This document shows, in pieces, positions 35,789-48,789 of a DNA stretch of 64,000 nucleotides. How positions within the stretch are numbered: the stretch's first letter is position 1; every line of letters begins with the position of its first letter. This DNA comes from Chiloscyllium plagiosum. Its lineage: Eukaryota. Under the pieces are notes generated by a model. That model was not told the DNA's origin, did no database searches, and saw only the letters and a program-made list of their open reading frames with translations. The stretch lies in assembly GCF_004010195.1 (NCBI RefSeq), contig NC_057718.1, positions 7,794,707 through 7,858,706 of the forward strand, given 5' to 3'. The translations under genes and the position numbers were made by a program.

Positions 35789-38214
35789 ACCCAAACCTGT
35801 ATGTTGTCCATATCTTGTTGCGTGGATAGACGGTTGGAGTATCTGATGAGTTTTGAATGATAGAGTACACTGTAAAACTTTGAGCAAATCTTTCTATTTC
35901 TGATCTAATGATGGAGCAAAGGTCACTGTTTGCGATGATTGGATGTAGAACATTATACCGAGTGGTTCTGGCAGAACCTAAACTGAGCATCAGTGAGCAG
36001 GTTAACACTGGGTCACTCTACTTGATAGCAGTGTTGATAACATCCGCCATCACTTTGCTGATGACTGAGAGTGAACCGTTGAGGTAGTAATTGGTTGTAC
36101 ATGATTTGCCTGTTTTTTTTACGGTTAGGACATACTTATACAATTTTACACATTGCCGGCAGATGTCTGTGTCCTAGCTGTATTGCAACAGCTTGCCTAT
36201 AAGATATGGCCAGTTCTGGAGTACAAGTCTTCAGTAATACAGCCAGGATGTTCTGAGACTCATCTGTTCCTATGTTGCAACAACAATTACATTTCATTGA
36301 GATGTACCAAGGACATAACAAAAGATATTCTATAACTGCTTATTGTTCGTCAGAAGAGGAAATATGATAATGTGTCTGTGTTCAATGTTACTCCGAAGAT
36401 TACTTCTTTATTACAGTGCAGTTACTAACAGACTGAATACCAGAGACATAAGAACAGAGACGGGAGTGGACTTATTAGTTCCACTGTTTGGTTAGATCAT
36501 GGCTGACCTGTGTGGTATTCACTGGTCTTAATGTAGTCTCAGTACAATGAGGAGAGAAAATGACCATAAGACATAGGAGCAGAAATTAGGCCATTCCCAT
36601 CGAGTCTGCTCTGCCATTCAATCATGGCTGAGAAGTTTCTCATACCCATTCTCCTGCTTTCCCTCCATAACCCTTGATCCCCTTGTCAATCAAGAACCTA
36701 TCTATCTCTGTCCTAAGTATACTCAATGACCTGGCCTCCGCAGCCTTCTGTGGTGTTGTTATCCTGAACTTCCAGATGCCTGTCACTTTAATTCTCACCT
36801 TGAGGATCACTCTGACACCTCTGACCTGTTGCACTGTTGTTGTGAACTTCAACGTAATGAGGTACTTGACAACCTTTTGAGGACTCAGCATTAAATTCAG
36901 CAATTTCAGACCACAATTCCCAAGTTCCTGGTTTGTTTTCCTTTTGTTGCTTGTTTAGTTTTTCTTTGCTACCTGCTCCAGCCACTGCCTGTTTTGTCTT
37001 CTCTTGCCTCACTGCCATTCTCTTTAGCCCTGGAAGACTGACTCTTGGGTCACTCAAGCCTCTCCTAACTTTCACCCTATCACACCCTTTCCTTTTGTCC
37101 TTGACTCACCCCTGCCCCCCCCCGCCACTCAAAACTTTCCAAACTTATGCCATTTCTGAAGAAAGGGCACAGACCTGAAATGTTAACTCTGTTTCTCTTT
37201 CAATGCTGTTAAGCATAGCAATCATTTTCTGCTTTTATTTCTGATCTCCAGACCATGACGAAGCAATGAAACCATTAAGCCAGAAACTCAGTTAACGTTC
37301 TGGGGACCTGGGTTTGAGTGCCCCCCACCCCGCCCCATGGCAGATAGTGGAACTTGAATTCAACAAAACAAAATCTAGTATTACGAATCTACTGATGACT
37401 ATGAAACCATTATCAGTAAGAACCCATTTGGCTCCCAAGTATCCTTCAGGGAAAGAAATCAGTCATTCTTACCCTGGTCTGGCCTACATGTGACTTGAGA
37501 CCTTAGCAATGTGTTTGACTCTCAACTGCCCTCTGAAATAGCCAGGAAAGCCACTTAGTTCAAGGGCAGCTAGGGACGGGCAATGAACACTGGGCAGCCA
37601 GCCATGCTCAAGTTCCACAAGTGAATAATAAAAAAATCCACTGCATCCTGCTTTTCGATTAGTGTATCTCAACTCCATTAATATTCCTTTAGTTTCCTAA
37701 CCCTCGACACCCCTACCTAACAAATATCTGTCCCCCTCAGTCTTTCAAGCTCCAATTGTTTCCCAGGTTCTGTCGAGTTTTGGCAAGAATCCCAGATTTC
37801 CACAGACATTAATGTGAAGAAGTGATCAATAAATAATGTGATCAATTAATGTGATCAATAAATAACCTTGTTCTAATCACCAGAATCTATCCTCTGGCTC
37901 TGAGCTCCATCTGCTGAGGGGATTGTTTCTCCCTGACCACATTGCTCAGTCTACTTAACATGGAGTGGTTGGTAACAGTGATCTTGTTATAAAAGAATCT
38001 TTGCACCTCCCTCCTGTTCTACTGCGTGTGTCAACCTACGTTAAACAAAAATAAGGAATGGCTCTTACAACTGGCAAGGGAGCTTAAGACTAATTAAGCA
38101 TTTGCAATAATGCATAGCATTCTGTGAGGGTTAGGTTGGAGAGAAGGGGCCTGAAGTTGTTTGACCTGGGATGTTGGGAGGTGCAGAGAACTCTAGCAAA
38201 AATTCTAAAGCATC

Positions 38215-38385
38215 AGCCATTGTTCAGTCAGTAACATTCTGAGCCTTAAGTCAGAAGGTCATGGGTCCAAAGGTGAAGCACATCATCAGGCATCTCTGTG
38301 GCAGTACAAAGGGGTCGCTGCACTGTCAGAGGCAATATCTTTCAAACAATAGACTAAGCCCTCTCAGGTGGGCATAAAACGCTGA
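38215..38385 (+). mobile_element. Old Deu-domain-like SINE relic
   Basis: gcagtacaaaggggtcgctgcactgtcagaggcaatatctttcaaac..ctctcaggtgggcataaaa resembles the DeuSINE/AmnSINE core as I recall it. Confidence 0.5.
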
Positions 38386-38459
38386 GGGTGTTCAGAGCTT
38401 GAGATTTCTCTGCCATGTCCAGCCCTTTGTTTGTGGGACCATTTACTTTATCCACTCAA

Positions 38460-39401
38460 GGAGTAAGGCGTTCAACAAGGTTCCCCATGGGAGATTGATT
38501 AGCAAGGTTAGACCTCACGGAATACAGGGAGAACTAGCCATTTAGATACAGAACTGGCTCAAAGGTAGAAGACAGAGGGTGGTGGTGGGGGGTTGTTTTT
38601 CAGACTGGAGGCCTGTGACCAGTGGAGTGCCACAAGGATTGGTCCTCTACTTTTTGTCATTTATATAAATGATTTGGATGCGAGCATAATAGGTACAGTT
38701 AGTAAGTTTGCAGATGACACCAAAATTAGAGGTGTAGTGGACAGCGAATAGGGTTACTTCAGATTACAACAAGATCTTGACCAGATGGGCCAATGGGCTG
38801 AGAAGTGGCAGATGGAGTTTAATTCAGATAAATGCGAGGTGCTGCATTTTGGGAAAGCAAATCTTAATACACTTAATGGTAAGGTCCTTGGGTATGTTGC
38901 TGAACAAAGAGACCTTGGGAGTGCAGGTTCATAGCTCCCTGAAAGTGGAGTCGCAGGTACATAGGATAGAGGCTGAACAGGCTGGGGCTTTTTTCCCTGG
39001 AACATCGGAGGCTGAGGGGTGACTTCATAGAGCTTTACAAAATTATGAGGGGCATGGATAGGGTAAATAGACAAAGTCTCTTCCTTGGGGTGGGGGAGTC
39101 CAGAACTAGAGGACATAGGTTTAGGGTGAGAGGGGAAAAATATAAAAGAGACCTAAGGGGCAACTGTTTCACGCAGAGGGTGGTACGTGTATGGAATGAG
39201 CTGCCAGATGATGTGGCAGAGGCTAGTACAATTGCAACATTTAAAAGGCATCTGGATGAGTATATGAATAGGACGGGTTTGGAGGGATATGGGCCGGGTG
39301 CTGGCAGGTGGGGCTAGATTGGGTTGTTATATCTGGTCAGCATGGATGGGTTGGACCAAAGGGTCTGTTTCCATGCTGTCCATCTCTATGATTCTATGAC
39401 T
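38460..39401 (+). mobile_element. 5'-truncated CR1/HER1 LINE with an internal deletion
   Basis: [14 protein letters not shown] motifs and a 3' tail ctctatgattctatgact. Very similar to 53004-54030. Confidence 0.9.
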
Positions 39402-39404
39402 GTA

Positions 39405-39940
39405 AGTGCCGCTGGCTGGGCCTCCTTTTATTGTCCGTCTTTAGTTGTCCTTGAGATGGTGATGGTGAGCTGCGTTGAACCGCTGCAGTCCACGTGCTGG
39501 AGGTAGACCCACAATACTGTTAGGGAGGAACTTCCAGGATTTTGACTCAACGACACCGAAGGAACGGCGATATATTTCCAAGTCAGGTTGGTGAGGTGCT
39601 TGGAGGGGAACCTGCAGATGGTAACATTCCCATGTATCTGCTGCCTTTGTCCTTCCAGGTGGAAGGGGTCATGAGTTTGGAAGATGCTTTGTTGAATATT
39701 TCTAGATCTTGTGAAAAATGCCACTGAGCTTTGGTGGTGGAAGGCATGGATGTGGAGCCAGTCAAGTTATCTGCTTTGTCCTGGATGGTGTCGAGTTTCT
39801 TGAGTGTTGTGGAGCTGCACCCATCCAGACAATAGAGGAGTATTTCATCACACTCCTGACTTGTATCTTGTAGATAGTGGACAGGTTTTGGAGAGTCAGG
39901 AGGTGAGTCATTCACTGTGGTATTCCTAGTCTCTGACCTG
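39405..39940 (-). mobile_element. CR1-type LINE 3' fragment (second family)
   Basis: The minus strand encodes ..STTLKKLDTIQDKA..; the tail is shared with the second SINE family. Confidence 0.7.
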
Positions 39941-40789
39941 TTCGTGTAGCTGTGTTATTTATGTGGTGAGTCCAATTCTGCTTCTGGTCAATGGTAACCA
40001 GAAAATAAACTTAGTGTAGAAATTGGCTTCAGGACATTACAACAGCAACTGCCTTTCAGATGTGACTACAAAACATTTTGGGATGTCGAATTGAATCTCC
40101 TGTCCCGTTATTAATAACACAGGAAGAGAGGAGAGTTTTCAGCATGGATCATTCTTATATTATGGAACATGTGGCAAATTGGCAATTAATCAGAGACAGC
40201 CTCGAGCAGTGAATGCTGTGTCAGTTTTCATTGGACAATTGGTGTCATTTCACTTTTCTACTGCTGCTGGAACACAAGAGTTAGTTGCTCGAGAAGAATA
40301 AAGGTTACATTATGCTTCAATCAGGAGTCAAACTATCCTGTGTAAATCTGTGTACTTCACCCCATCTCTGCAAGACAATGGGCTGGTCAGGGAAAGGCTC
40401 AAACTCAGAAGGCTGCCTGGACAGTTTCCATTTAGTTTATGCAGATGCCGATTATTATTTCTGTATCTTTGCACTCTCTTCCCTCGTAGAGGAGCGTGAG
40501 CTAATGGGAGCATTCACAGACTGCCAGGCTGCTGCATCAACATTCCTGCCATGTCTGTAACCACTGAACCATAATCTCCTGCCCTCCTACATTCCAGCCC
40601 TGGGACGTTCCTATTCTGCAGCGGCAGCCTGTGGCAGTAACTGTGAACAATGCAGAACCCACTACCAAAGTGAGTTATTGTGGTAAATAGTGTTTGTTGT
40701 GTTTAGAGGGAGGTTGGGTAAGTGCACGACAGAGAAAGGAATAGAACGGTGTGTTGGCTGCATCTGATAAAAAGCAGGAGGAAGGTAGT

Positions 40790-41198
40790 CGTAGAGTCAT
40801 AGAGATGTACAGCACAGAAACAGAGTCTTCAGTCCAACTTTTCCAAGCTGACCAGATGTCCTAAATAATTCTAGTTCCATTTGCCAGCCTTTGGCCCATA
40901 TCCCTCTAAACCCTTCCTATTCATATACCCATCCTGATGCCTTTTAAATGCTGCAATTGTACCAGCCTCCACCACTTCCTCTGGCAGCCCATTCCATACA
41001 CGTACCACTCTCTGTGTCAAAAGATTGCTCCTTAGGTCCTTTTTAATTTTTCCCTTTTCACCATAAGCCTATGCTCTCCGGTTTTGGACTCTCCCTACCC
41101 CAGGAAAAAGATCTTGTCTATTTACCCTATCCATGCTCTTCATGCTTTTATAGAACTCTATAAGTCACCTCTCAGCCTTCGACGCTCCAGGGAAAATA
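40790..41198 (-). mobile_element. HER1/CR1 3' end fragment
   Basis: Reverse complement of the 3' end seen at 39000-39400. Confidence 0.85.
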
Positions 41199-41232
41199 CT
41201 GCGGAGTATAGATGCCAGTAGATACTAGTTGA

Positions 41233-41604
41233 AAGTTTGTGCGAAGATTTGTAGCTCGGGTGCTTGTTGCTGTGGTTCTGTTCGCCGAGCTGGAAGTTTT
41301 TAATTCGACTGGGACAACACTACTATCAAAGGGCAAGCCAGACAGAGAACAGCCAGGGAATTCCTAGAGGCATGGCATTCATCCACAAACTCCATCAACA
41401 AACACATCGACCTGGACCCAATATACCAACCACTACAGCGGACAGCTGAAACTGACAACCGGAAGCGGCAGGGACAGACCACTATAAACACCGGAGGAAA
41501 CATCAAAGAAGCGCTTCGCAGGAGGCTCCCAAGCACTGATGATGTCGCCTAGCCGGGGGACGAAATGTTTGCAACAAAAACTTCCAGCTTGGCGAACAGA
41601 ACCA
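41233..41604 (+). mobile_element. 5'-truncated Penelope-like retroelement (family D): GIY-YIG endonuclease C-terminus, hammerhead, inverted terminal segment and 17-bp TSD
   Basis: 41304-41552 is an open frame FDWDNTTIKGQARQRTAREFLEAWHSSTNSINKHIDLDPIYQPLQ.. Inverted repeat at 41271-41301 / 41576-41606. TSD cagtagatactagttga at 41216-41232 and 41605-41621. Confidence 0.85.
41533..41572 (+). ncRNA. Minimal type-I hammerhead ribozyme (predicted, slightly decayed)
   Basis: GCA-CUGAUGA-U-GUC..GAC-GAAA-U-GUU-UGC: helix I GCA/UGC, helix II closed by GUC/GAC. Confidence 0.6.
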
Positions 41605-42199
41605 CAGTAGATACTAGTTGAGCTAAATGGCCTGTCTTTGTGCCATAAACTCAATATAATCCTTACACCCAGCCAATAGAATGGGTTGATGGGTTATCCT
41701 GTGTGTTGAGATGTTTCTCTGGATTCAGGATTGGAATTAAGTGAGCAAGCAAAGCCCCTTCATTGAAGGAATGAATTTCTGCAGTAATTGGAGGGAATAG
41801 AGTTTTGTCACATGGCTCTTTCTGTCAACACCTGTCCTTGTGCCAACCAGAAGGGGTCCACTCCAGTTAAACGTAAATTTCCTCACCTGATTAGCCAGCC
41901 GGTTTCATCCAATATCTAAACCTTCCTTTCAGAATCACAGTCAATGTGGCTCCATACAGGTAACTGATGCCATTTTAAAGTCACTCCTGACTGCAGGGTT
42001 GATCACGTAACTGTTAATTTTAACACCACACCTGCTTTACTAATGTCCTTTCGGAAAGGAAATCTGCCATCCTTACCTGGTCTGGCCTACATGTGACTCC
42101 GGACCCACAGCAATGGGGTCGACTCTTTAACTGCCCTCTGGGCAATAAATGCTGGCTTAGTCAGTGATACCCACATCCTGTGAATCAATAATTTAAAAA

Positions 42200-43090
42200 A
42201 AAAGATACTGGCCATTCGGCCCAACCGACCCATGCAACTCCCCTTGAGTGTCCTTCAGTCTTTCCTCATCTCAATCCATTATTTTACCATCTATTCCCTC
42301 TTCCCTCATTTCTTTATTTTGCTTCCCCTTAAATACAACTGTTCTATGAAATTTAACCTCTCTTTGTGGTAATGAGTTCCATACTTTTAATCCCTCTTTG
42401 GCTAAGGACCTTTCTTCCAGAATCCCTTTGGGTGTTTTGATGACTACATTGATGGTCTGTATTAATGCTTTTCCCCACAAGAGGAAACATCCTCTCGGTA
42501 TCCAATTTATCAAAATATTTCATCATTGTAAAGGTTTCTGTTTTATGAAGCTCCTCAATTTCTGTTTTTCCAAAAGAGAAACAATGCCAGCCCAACAATC
42601 TTTTCCTGATATGTTCATCCACCCATCTCTGGGATCATTCTTGTACATCTGCTCTGGTCCCTCTCCAGTGGCTTCACACTACTTTTACAATGTAGCAACC
42701 AGACCTGCATTTAGTATCTATGCGTGATTTAACAAACATGCATTACCAGTTTTACACAATGTTTTCCCCTACCTTTCAATCCTATCCCTCTAGAAATAAA
42801 CCCAGTGGTTGGTTTGTTTTGTGAAATGATCTTGTTTACCTGTGACATAACTTCTGGTCATTCATGTATCTGTATTGTGAGATCCCATTGGTCCTTTATC
42901 TGATTTAAGACTTTCACCTGATTAATGACCTCCCTATTCTTCCTTCCAAAATGCATCACCTCATATTTGTCTGTGCTGAACTTCATTTTCCAAAGATTTA
43001 CCCTTTCTTCAGGTTTATTCAAGCTTTGTTGTAATTAATTGCAGACCCTCTTTACCTGGTTTGGTGTTGCTTCCAAATGTAGAAATGCTA
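42200..43090 (-). mobile_element. Old CR1 3' region
   Basis: Minus-strand remnants FTMMKYFDKLDTERMFPLVG and KVWNSLPQ. Confidence 0.6.
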
Positions 43091-43104
43091 GCCCAGATAT
43101 AGGG

Positions 43105-43600
43105 AGGGGATGGAGTGGTGGGGATGTTATTGGGCTAGAAATCCAGAGATCCAGGCTGACATTCTGGGGATACAGGTTTGAGGCAGATTTGTGAAATTTT
43201 AAATTCAGTAAAAATCTGGTGTAATGATGACCACTATTGAATAATTGTCAATTGTTATAAAATCCTACCTGGTTTGCTAATGCCCCTTTAAGGAAGGAAA
43301 TCCTGGCGGATGGTGAAATTTGAATCACCAAAAAAAAATCTGGAATTAAGAATCTACTGATGAAATCTACTCTGAAACGATTGCCAATAATCTGGCTCAC
43401 CAATGTCCTTCAGGGAAGGAAATCTGCCATCCTTATTTGGTCTGGCCTGCATGTGACTCCAGACCCATAGTAATGTGGCTGATTCTTAACTACCTGCTGG
43501 AATGGCCTAGCAAGCCATTCACTTCAAGGGTCAATCAGGGATGACGGACAAACTTTGACCTTGCTCTTGATACCTACATCCTATGAAAGAATAAAAGTTA
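43105..43600 (+). mobile_element. tRNA-derived SINE (second family) with an internal partial duplication
   Basis: Homologous to 20265-21131; the atggtgaaatttgaa..aaggaaatc block occurs twice. Confidence 0.7.
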
Positions 43601-44299
43601 ACCACATCGAGGCCTAACAGAATCTGACATGTTTCAATGAGAAGTCCACTCATTCTACAATACTCCAATTTACCCGGTCTCCCATCACAGCGCAACCCTC
43701 ATCCTGGAGCTCCATTGAGTGAAACTTTGCTATACTGCCGTTTCTTTGACTAATACTGCAGGGTTTGGACTGGATAGCTTCTTAACATGACAATGTTTGC
43801 TTTGGTATAGTTTTACCTCATTCTAGGCATACTGACAGATTGGTTCCCTGGCCTTAGAACCCACACAATGTTCTTCCCTGTCTGGCGGCGTCTCGGAGAG
43901 AGCGAAGGCTGAGGATTGAACTGATTGAGGGTGGTCTCTTTGATAATGCCGAGGAGATGTTTTCATTTCTGGGGAAGCCATTAATATACAATAGTCACTC
44001 GAAGACTCAATAGTGATTTCAGGAGAAATGTCTTTACCCAGAGAATGTGGAACTTGTGACGACATGGAGTGATACATTTCAGGGGAAACTAAACAAAGGA
44101 GAAAGGGGATGGATGGTTTTAATGTTAGTGGGAGATAAATAGGGGGAGGTTCATGTTGAACATAAACACTGATCCGCTTCACTGCTGTAAACTGGGGCTT
44201 TGGGTCTCCATCCCGCACAAGTGGAAATATCCCTAATCCACCAAGTCCTTTCCTCATTTGAAACATCCCGATCAGTTCATCCTGCACCACAGGAAACAT

Positions 44300-44772
44300 C
44301 TGATCCGGATGCATCACAACGTGATATGGCAACTGCTCTTACCAAGAAACTACAGAGAGTCGTGAACACAGCCCAGTCCATCACGCAAACCAGCCGCCCA
44401 TCCGTTGACTCCATCCATACTTCCAGCTGCCTTGGGAAAAGAACCAACATAATCAAAGATACCTCCCACCCCAGTTATACTCTCTTCCACCCTCTTCTGT
44501 CAGGCCGAAGATATAAAAGTTGTATACACGTACAAACGGATTCAAGAACAGCTTCTTCCCCGCTGTTATCAGACTTTTGAATGGACCTCTTAAATATTAA
44601 TTCTGATCACTCTCTCTCTGCACCTTCACTGCTGCTGTAACACTGTATTCTGCACTCTGTTCTGCTACCCTGATGCACCTTGTATGGTACAATCTGCTTG
44701 TAAAGCACGCAGGACAACAGTTTTCACTGTATCTCGGTACATGTGACCACAATGAATGAATGAATCAATCAA
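44300..44772 (+). mobile_element. Rex1/Babar-like LINE 3' end
   Basis: KKLQRVVNTAQSITQT..IIKDTSHPSYTLFHPLLSGRRYKS..FKNSFFPAVIRLLN, with a (aatg/aatc)n tail. Confidence 0.75.
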
Positions 44773-45539
44773 TCCCGTTCCTGGTGAAAAAAATAATTTT
44801 AAGACTCTCTGACTCTGTCTTTGGTGGTGGTGTAAATCAGAATGAGCAGATAGCTGCCTCAAATAAGTATTTTGTGTAACATTTATAGTTTTTGCTACCA
44901 CTTTGTTCAGTTTCTATCTCTTAGGAAGACATTGAATGTTTGGTGTGAGCACCACATTCCATGTCCCAAATGATATGGTTTAGCTTATTAGATAATGGGC
45001 TAGGCTCAAGGGGCTGATTGGTCTACTCTTGATCCTAATTTGTGCTTATGTATGTTCACTACTCTTAATTGAAGCACTAATGTATATTGTTGGTAATGTA
45101 TGGTGGTACAGCAGTTATCTTAATGGACTAATAGAGCGGAAGGTTGAACCTGGAGTCCTGAATTCAAATTTAAAATGACAATTGGGAATTAGTTTCTTGT
45201 TGTTAAAGAAATTTGGGAATAAAAATCTGAAATTGATTGGGGTGACCATGAAACTGCCAGACTATATGTGAAAAGTTGCCCGGTCACTTTAGCGAAGGAG
45301 ATCTGTGTGCATTAACCTTTCCGGTCTATGTGTGACTCCAGATCCACAGCAAAGTGGCTGACTCTTAACTGCCCTGTGAGATCACCCAGCAAGCTGCATG
45401 GCCATATTGGGATACGCAAACGATGTTGGCCATAAGTCAGCTGTAGCTGGATGCTGTGAATGAACATGGACGAAATTGAAATGAAAGCTCCCAAGTCTAT
45501 TTTAAATCCTCCCTCATGCTTTATTTTTTGTTGCCACAG

Positions 45540-45714
45540 GGAGTTCTGAGCCGCTTGCTGGAGCCTTGGCCGGATCAGAGATAGACAGCGATCAGGGACT
45601 AAGGGAGGTCCACTCATCCCTACACAGAGAGAAACGTTGTTCCTGCAGCAACATGCAAGACACAGAGTGTGTTTACTTCTGCCATGTAGGCATTGTATGG
45701 GTCAACACACCAGG
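45540..45714 (+). CDS. edn4: Preproendothelin exon 2; mature endothelin peptide at 45638-45700
   Basis: Acceptor tttattttttgttgccacag|G. Translation [59 protein letters not shown], with Cys1/3/11/15, Trp21 and the ECE site W-V. Donor GG|gtaagc, phase 2. The endothelin identity is firm; the edn4 paralog assignment is inferred. Confidence 0.97.
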
Positions 45715-47064
45715 GTAAGCAATCTCTGCAGCCAATTAATTTGGCAGAATTTCTTTTTGTTTTACTCTGATTTTAGGAAGTTTCTGGTGGCATATAATTT
45801 GAATATTCCAGTGTTTTCCTGGTCCGCCTCCCATCTTCCATCTTCTGGATGCCTTGGCTTGCTCCAAATCCTGTTCATTCATCCCCTCCACGCTCAGTGA
45901 TTGACATCTGGGCTTCCCAGTCCCAATTTGAAACTCGCTAGCTTTCAAATCTTTCCATGCCCTCACCACTTTCAATCTCTATAAACTCCAGAGCCGACTA
46001 GGATCTCTGCGCTTCTCCAATTCTGACATTCCCTGTGCATTCGCCATTTCCAACGTTGCATCACTGGCAGCTGCACCAGGAATTCAGGAATCCCCCTCTC
46101 CGTCACCTCCTTTAGGATGCTTCTAAAACCCACCTCTTTGACTGAACTCTTAGTTTTCTGACCCGATGACTTTTGTTGAGTCTCACTATCAAACTGCACT
46201 TGATGCACAACCTGCAAAACCTCCTGGGGCGTGTTCACTTCTGCAGAGATGGAAGTTTTGCAGCTGCAGGTGATTTCCTGCTTCTGCTTTTGATTTTGAT
46301 TTCCTTGCAAACAAAAGTGCTGTGTTTGCTTTTGGGTCAACGATCTACAAAGTGGGGAAGTTGTGCTAAACCTTTATAAAACACCCGTTAGGTTCCAGCA
46401 GGAGCACTGTGTCCAGTTCTGAGCATCAGATTGTTGGGAGGATGTTGAGATCTTCATCTAGATCATCTAGATCTAGGGACCAGTGTTCCCGAATAAGGGG
46501 TCATCCACATCAGACAAAGACGGAGGAGAGTCTTTGGAACTCTCTTCCTCAAAAGGCAACAGAAGCCAAATCCATGAATACTTTCAAGACAGAGCTAGAA
46601 GGTAAGGAAGGGGATGGAAGGTTGATATGGGTAGGCAGGAACGTGGATTGATTGGAACAGCCATGATCTTAGTGAATGACAGAACAGACTCAAGGAAACG
46701 AGTGGCCTAATCCTGCCTCTAATTCCTATGTTTGTCTAACTTGTGGAAAGTGCAGAAGAGATGTGTGCTATCAATCATGTGGAGAGATTGGATAATCTCG
46801 AGTAATGAAGGTTAAAGTGAAATTGAATGAAGCTGTGTATGTGTAAAGTTGCGATAACCTTATCAGAAACACAGTAAATTCTGATTGTTTAAAAAAGAAA
46901 TTGTTTCCACTTGGAGGAGGCGTAGTAATAAACTGGGAAAAGAAACAGAGGTGAGGTGAAAAGAACTGTTTTTTTTACTCGGTAAGTTGCGATGGTCTGG
47001 AATACACTGACTAATAGAGCGATAGAAACAGATTCATTTCTAGCTCTCAGATGGGAATTGGACC

Positions 47065-47380
47065 CTACAGTGCGTAAGTAGACCATTTTGCCCATCAAAT
47101 AAACACTGACCCTCCAAAGCCCAACCTACTAAGATCAACCCCCCCTTCCATGTTTCCCATTGGCTAACCTAGCTCGCCTGCATATCCCTGGACACCACGG
47201 GCAATGTTTCATGGTCAATCCACCCAAACCTGCTCACCTTTGGACTGTGGGAGGAAACCCATGCAGACACCGGGGGAATATGCAAACTCCACACAAACAG
47301 ATACCCAAGGCTAGAATCGGACCACAGATCCCTGGCACTGTGAGGCAGTGGTACTAACCACCGAGGCACTGTGCCACCCC
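47065..47380 (-). mobile_element. HE1-type V-SINE (diverged)
   Basis: Homologous to 3540-3856. Confidence 0.8.
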
Positions 47381-47429
47381 CTAATATTTAAAAAGAACAA
47401 AAGTGTTGGCTGCTTCATGAGGGAATAAT

Positions 47430-47770
47430 TTGTAGATGCCGGTGTTGGACTGGGGTGTACAAAGTTAAAAATCACACAACACCAGGTTGTAGTCCAACAG
47501 GTTTAATTGGAATCACTAGCTTTCGGAGCATCACTCCTTCATCAGGTGGTAATGGAGGGCGCAATCCTAACACAGAATTTATAGCAAAAATGTGTAGTGT
47601 GATGTAACTGAAATTATACATTGAAAAATTGATTGTCTGTTAAGCCTTTCATCTGTCAGAATACAGTGATAGTGTCACTTCTTTCATGTGTAAATCACAA
47701 AACCCTTTTTTTTTTAAAAAGTTGTATTCTCGGGTTAGCTGTTAACAATGGTGATAGCAAGACAATATGT
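47430..47770 (-). mobile_element. Penelope-like terminal repeat, family B
   Basis: Reverse complement of the 8085-8395 type; contains the intact hammerhead listed next. Confidence 0.75.
47514..47548 (-). ncRNA. Minimal type-I hammerhead ribozyme (predicted)
   Basis: The minus strand reads CAC-CUGAUGA-A-GGAG(UGAUG)CUCC-GAAAG-CUA-GUG: helix I CAC/GUG, helix III reduced to the palindrome AGCU, CUA triplet. Confidence 0.7.
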
Positions 47771-47871
47771 GGGAATAACAGGGAAATGGGACTTATGGAG
47801 AACCCTTCTCAAAGAAGTCTGAGTGGAAAGGCCATGACCTAGTGGCATTTTTGCAGAAACGTTAATCCTAA

Positions 47872-48078
47872 GAATAAAAGCCGAAAGAACTGTGGATGCT
47901 GGATATCAGAAACAAAAACAGAAATTGCTGGAGGAGCTCAGCGAGTCTGTCAGCATCTATGGTGAGAAATCAGAGTTAACGTTTTGGGTCCAGTCACTCG
48001 ACCAGAAACGTTAACTCTGATTTCTCTCCACAGATGCTGCCAGATCCGCTGAACTTTTCCAGCAATTTCAGTTTTTGT
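47872..48078. mobile_element. Penelope-like family C palindrome inside a SINE
   Basis: Inverted arms aaaaacagaaattgctgga..cagagttaacgttt and aaacgttaactctg..tccagcaatttcagttttt. Confidence 0.75.
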
Positions 48079-48521
48079 TATTAATCCCGAAACCCAGGTA
48101 ATGTTCTGGGGACCTAGGTTTAAATCCTACCGGGGTGGGGTTGGTGGAATATCAGTTCAATTAATGATGACCATGAAGTTGTTGTTGACTGTTTTTTTTT
48201 TTAAAAATTGAAAATCCTATCTGGTTCATTAATGTCCTTGAGGGAAGGAAATCTGCCATCCTGACCTGGTCTGACCTACATGTGGCTCCAGACCTACAGC
48301 AACATGGTTGACTCTTAACTACCCCCTGGGCAATTAGGGATGGGCAATAAATGCTGGCAATTCCTATAAAAGTCTATGCTTGGTGCTTCTGACAATGTTA
48401 TAGGAACTTTACACGTGTACCCGGTCCCTACCCAATGCATTCCTAAAACTGAGCGCACTGCCAGTATCATACTCCCATCTGTGAAGGTGCTTCTCAGAAT
48501 CCTCACAATTCTCCAATGTTG

Positions 48522-48789
48522 GCAAAAGTGAGGACTGCAGAACTGGAAACCAGAGTTTTAGATCAGAGTGGTGCTGGAAAAGCACAGCAGGTCAGGCAGC
48601 ATCCGAGGAGCAGGAAAATCGACGTTTCGGGCAAAAGCCCTTCATCAGGAATGGAGGCAGGAAGCCTGCAAGGTGGAGAGATTTATCCTGCCTCCATTCC
48701 TGGTGAAGGGCTTTTGCCCGAAACGTCGATTTTCCTGCTCCTCGGATGCTGCCTGACCTGCTGTGCTTTTCCAGCACCACTCTGATCTA
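48522..48789. mobile_element. Penelope-like family A tailed palindrome with 15-bp TSD
   Basis: Two ~105-bp near-identical inverted arms. TSD aattctccaatgttg at 48507-48521 and 48790-48804. The hammerhead core is intact on the - strand and reads CUGGUGA (mutated) on the + strand. Confidence 0.88.
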
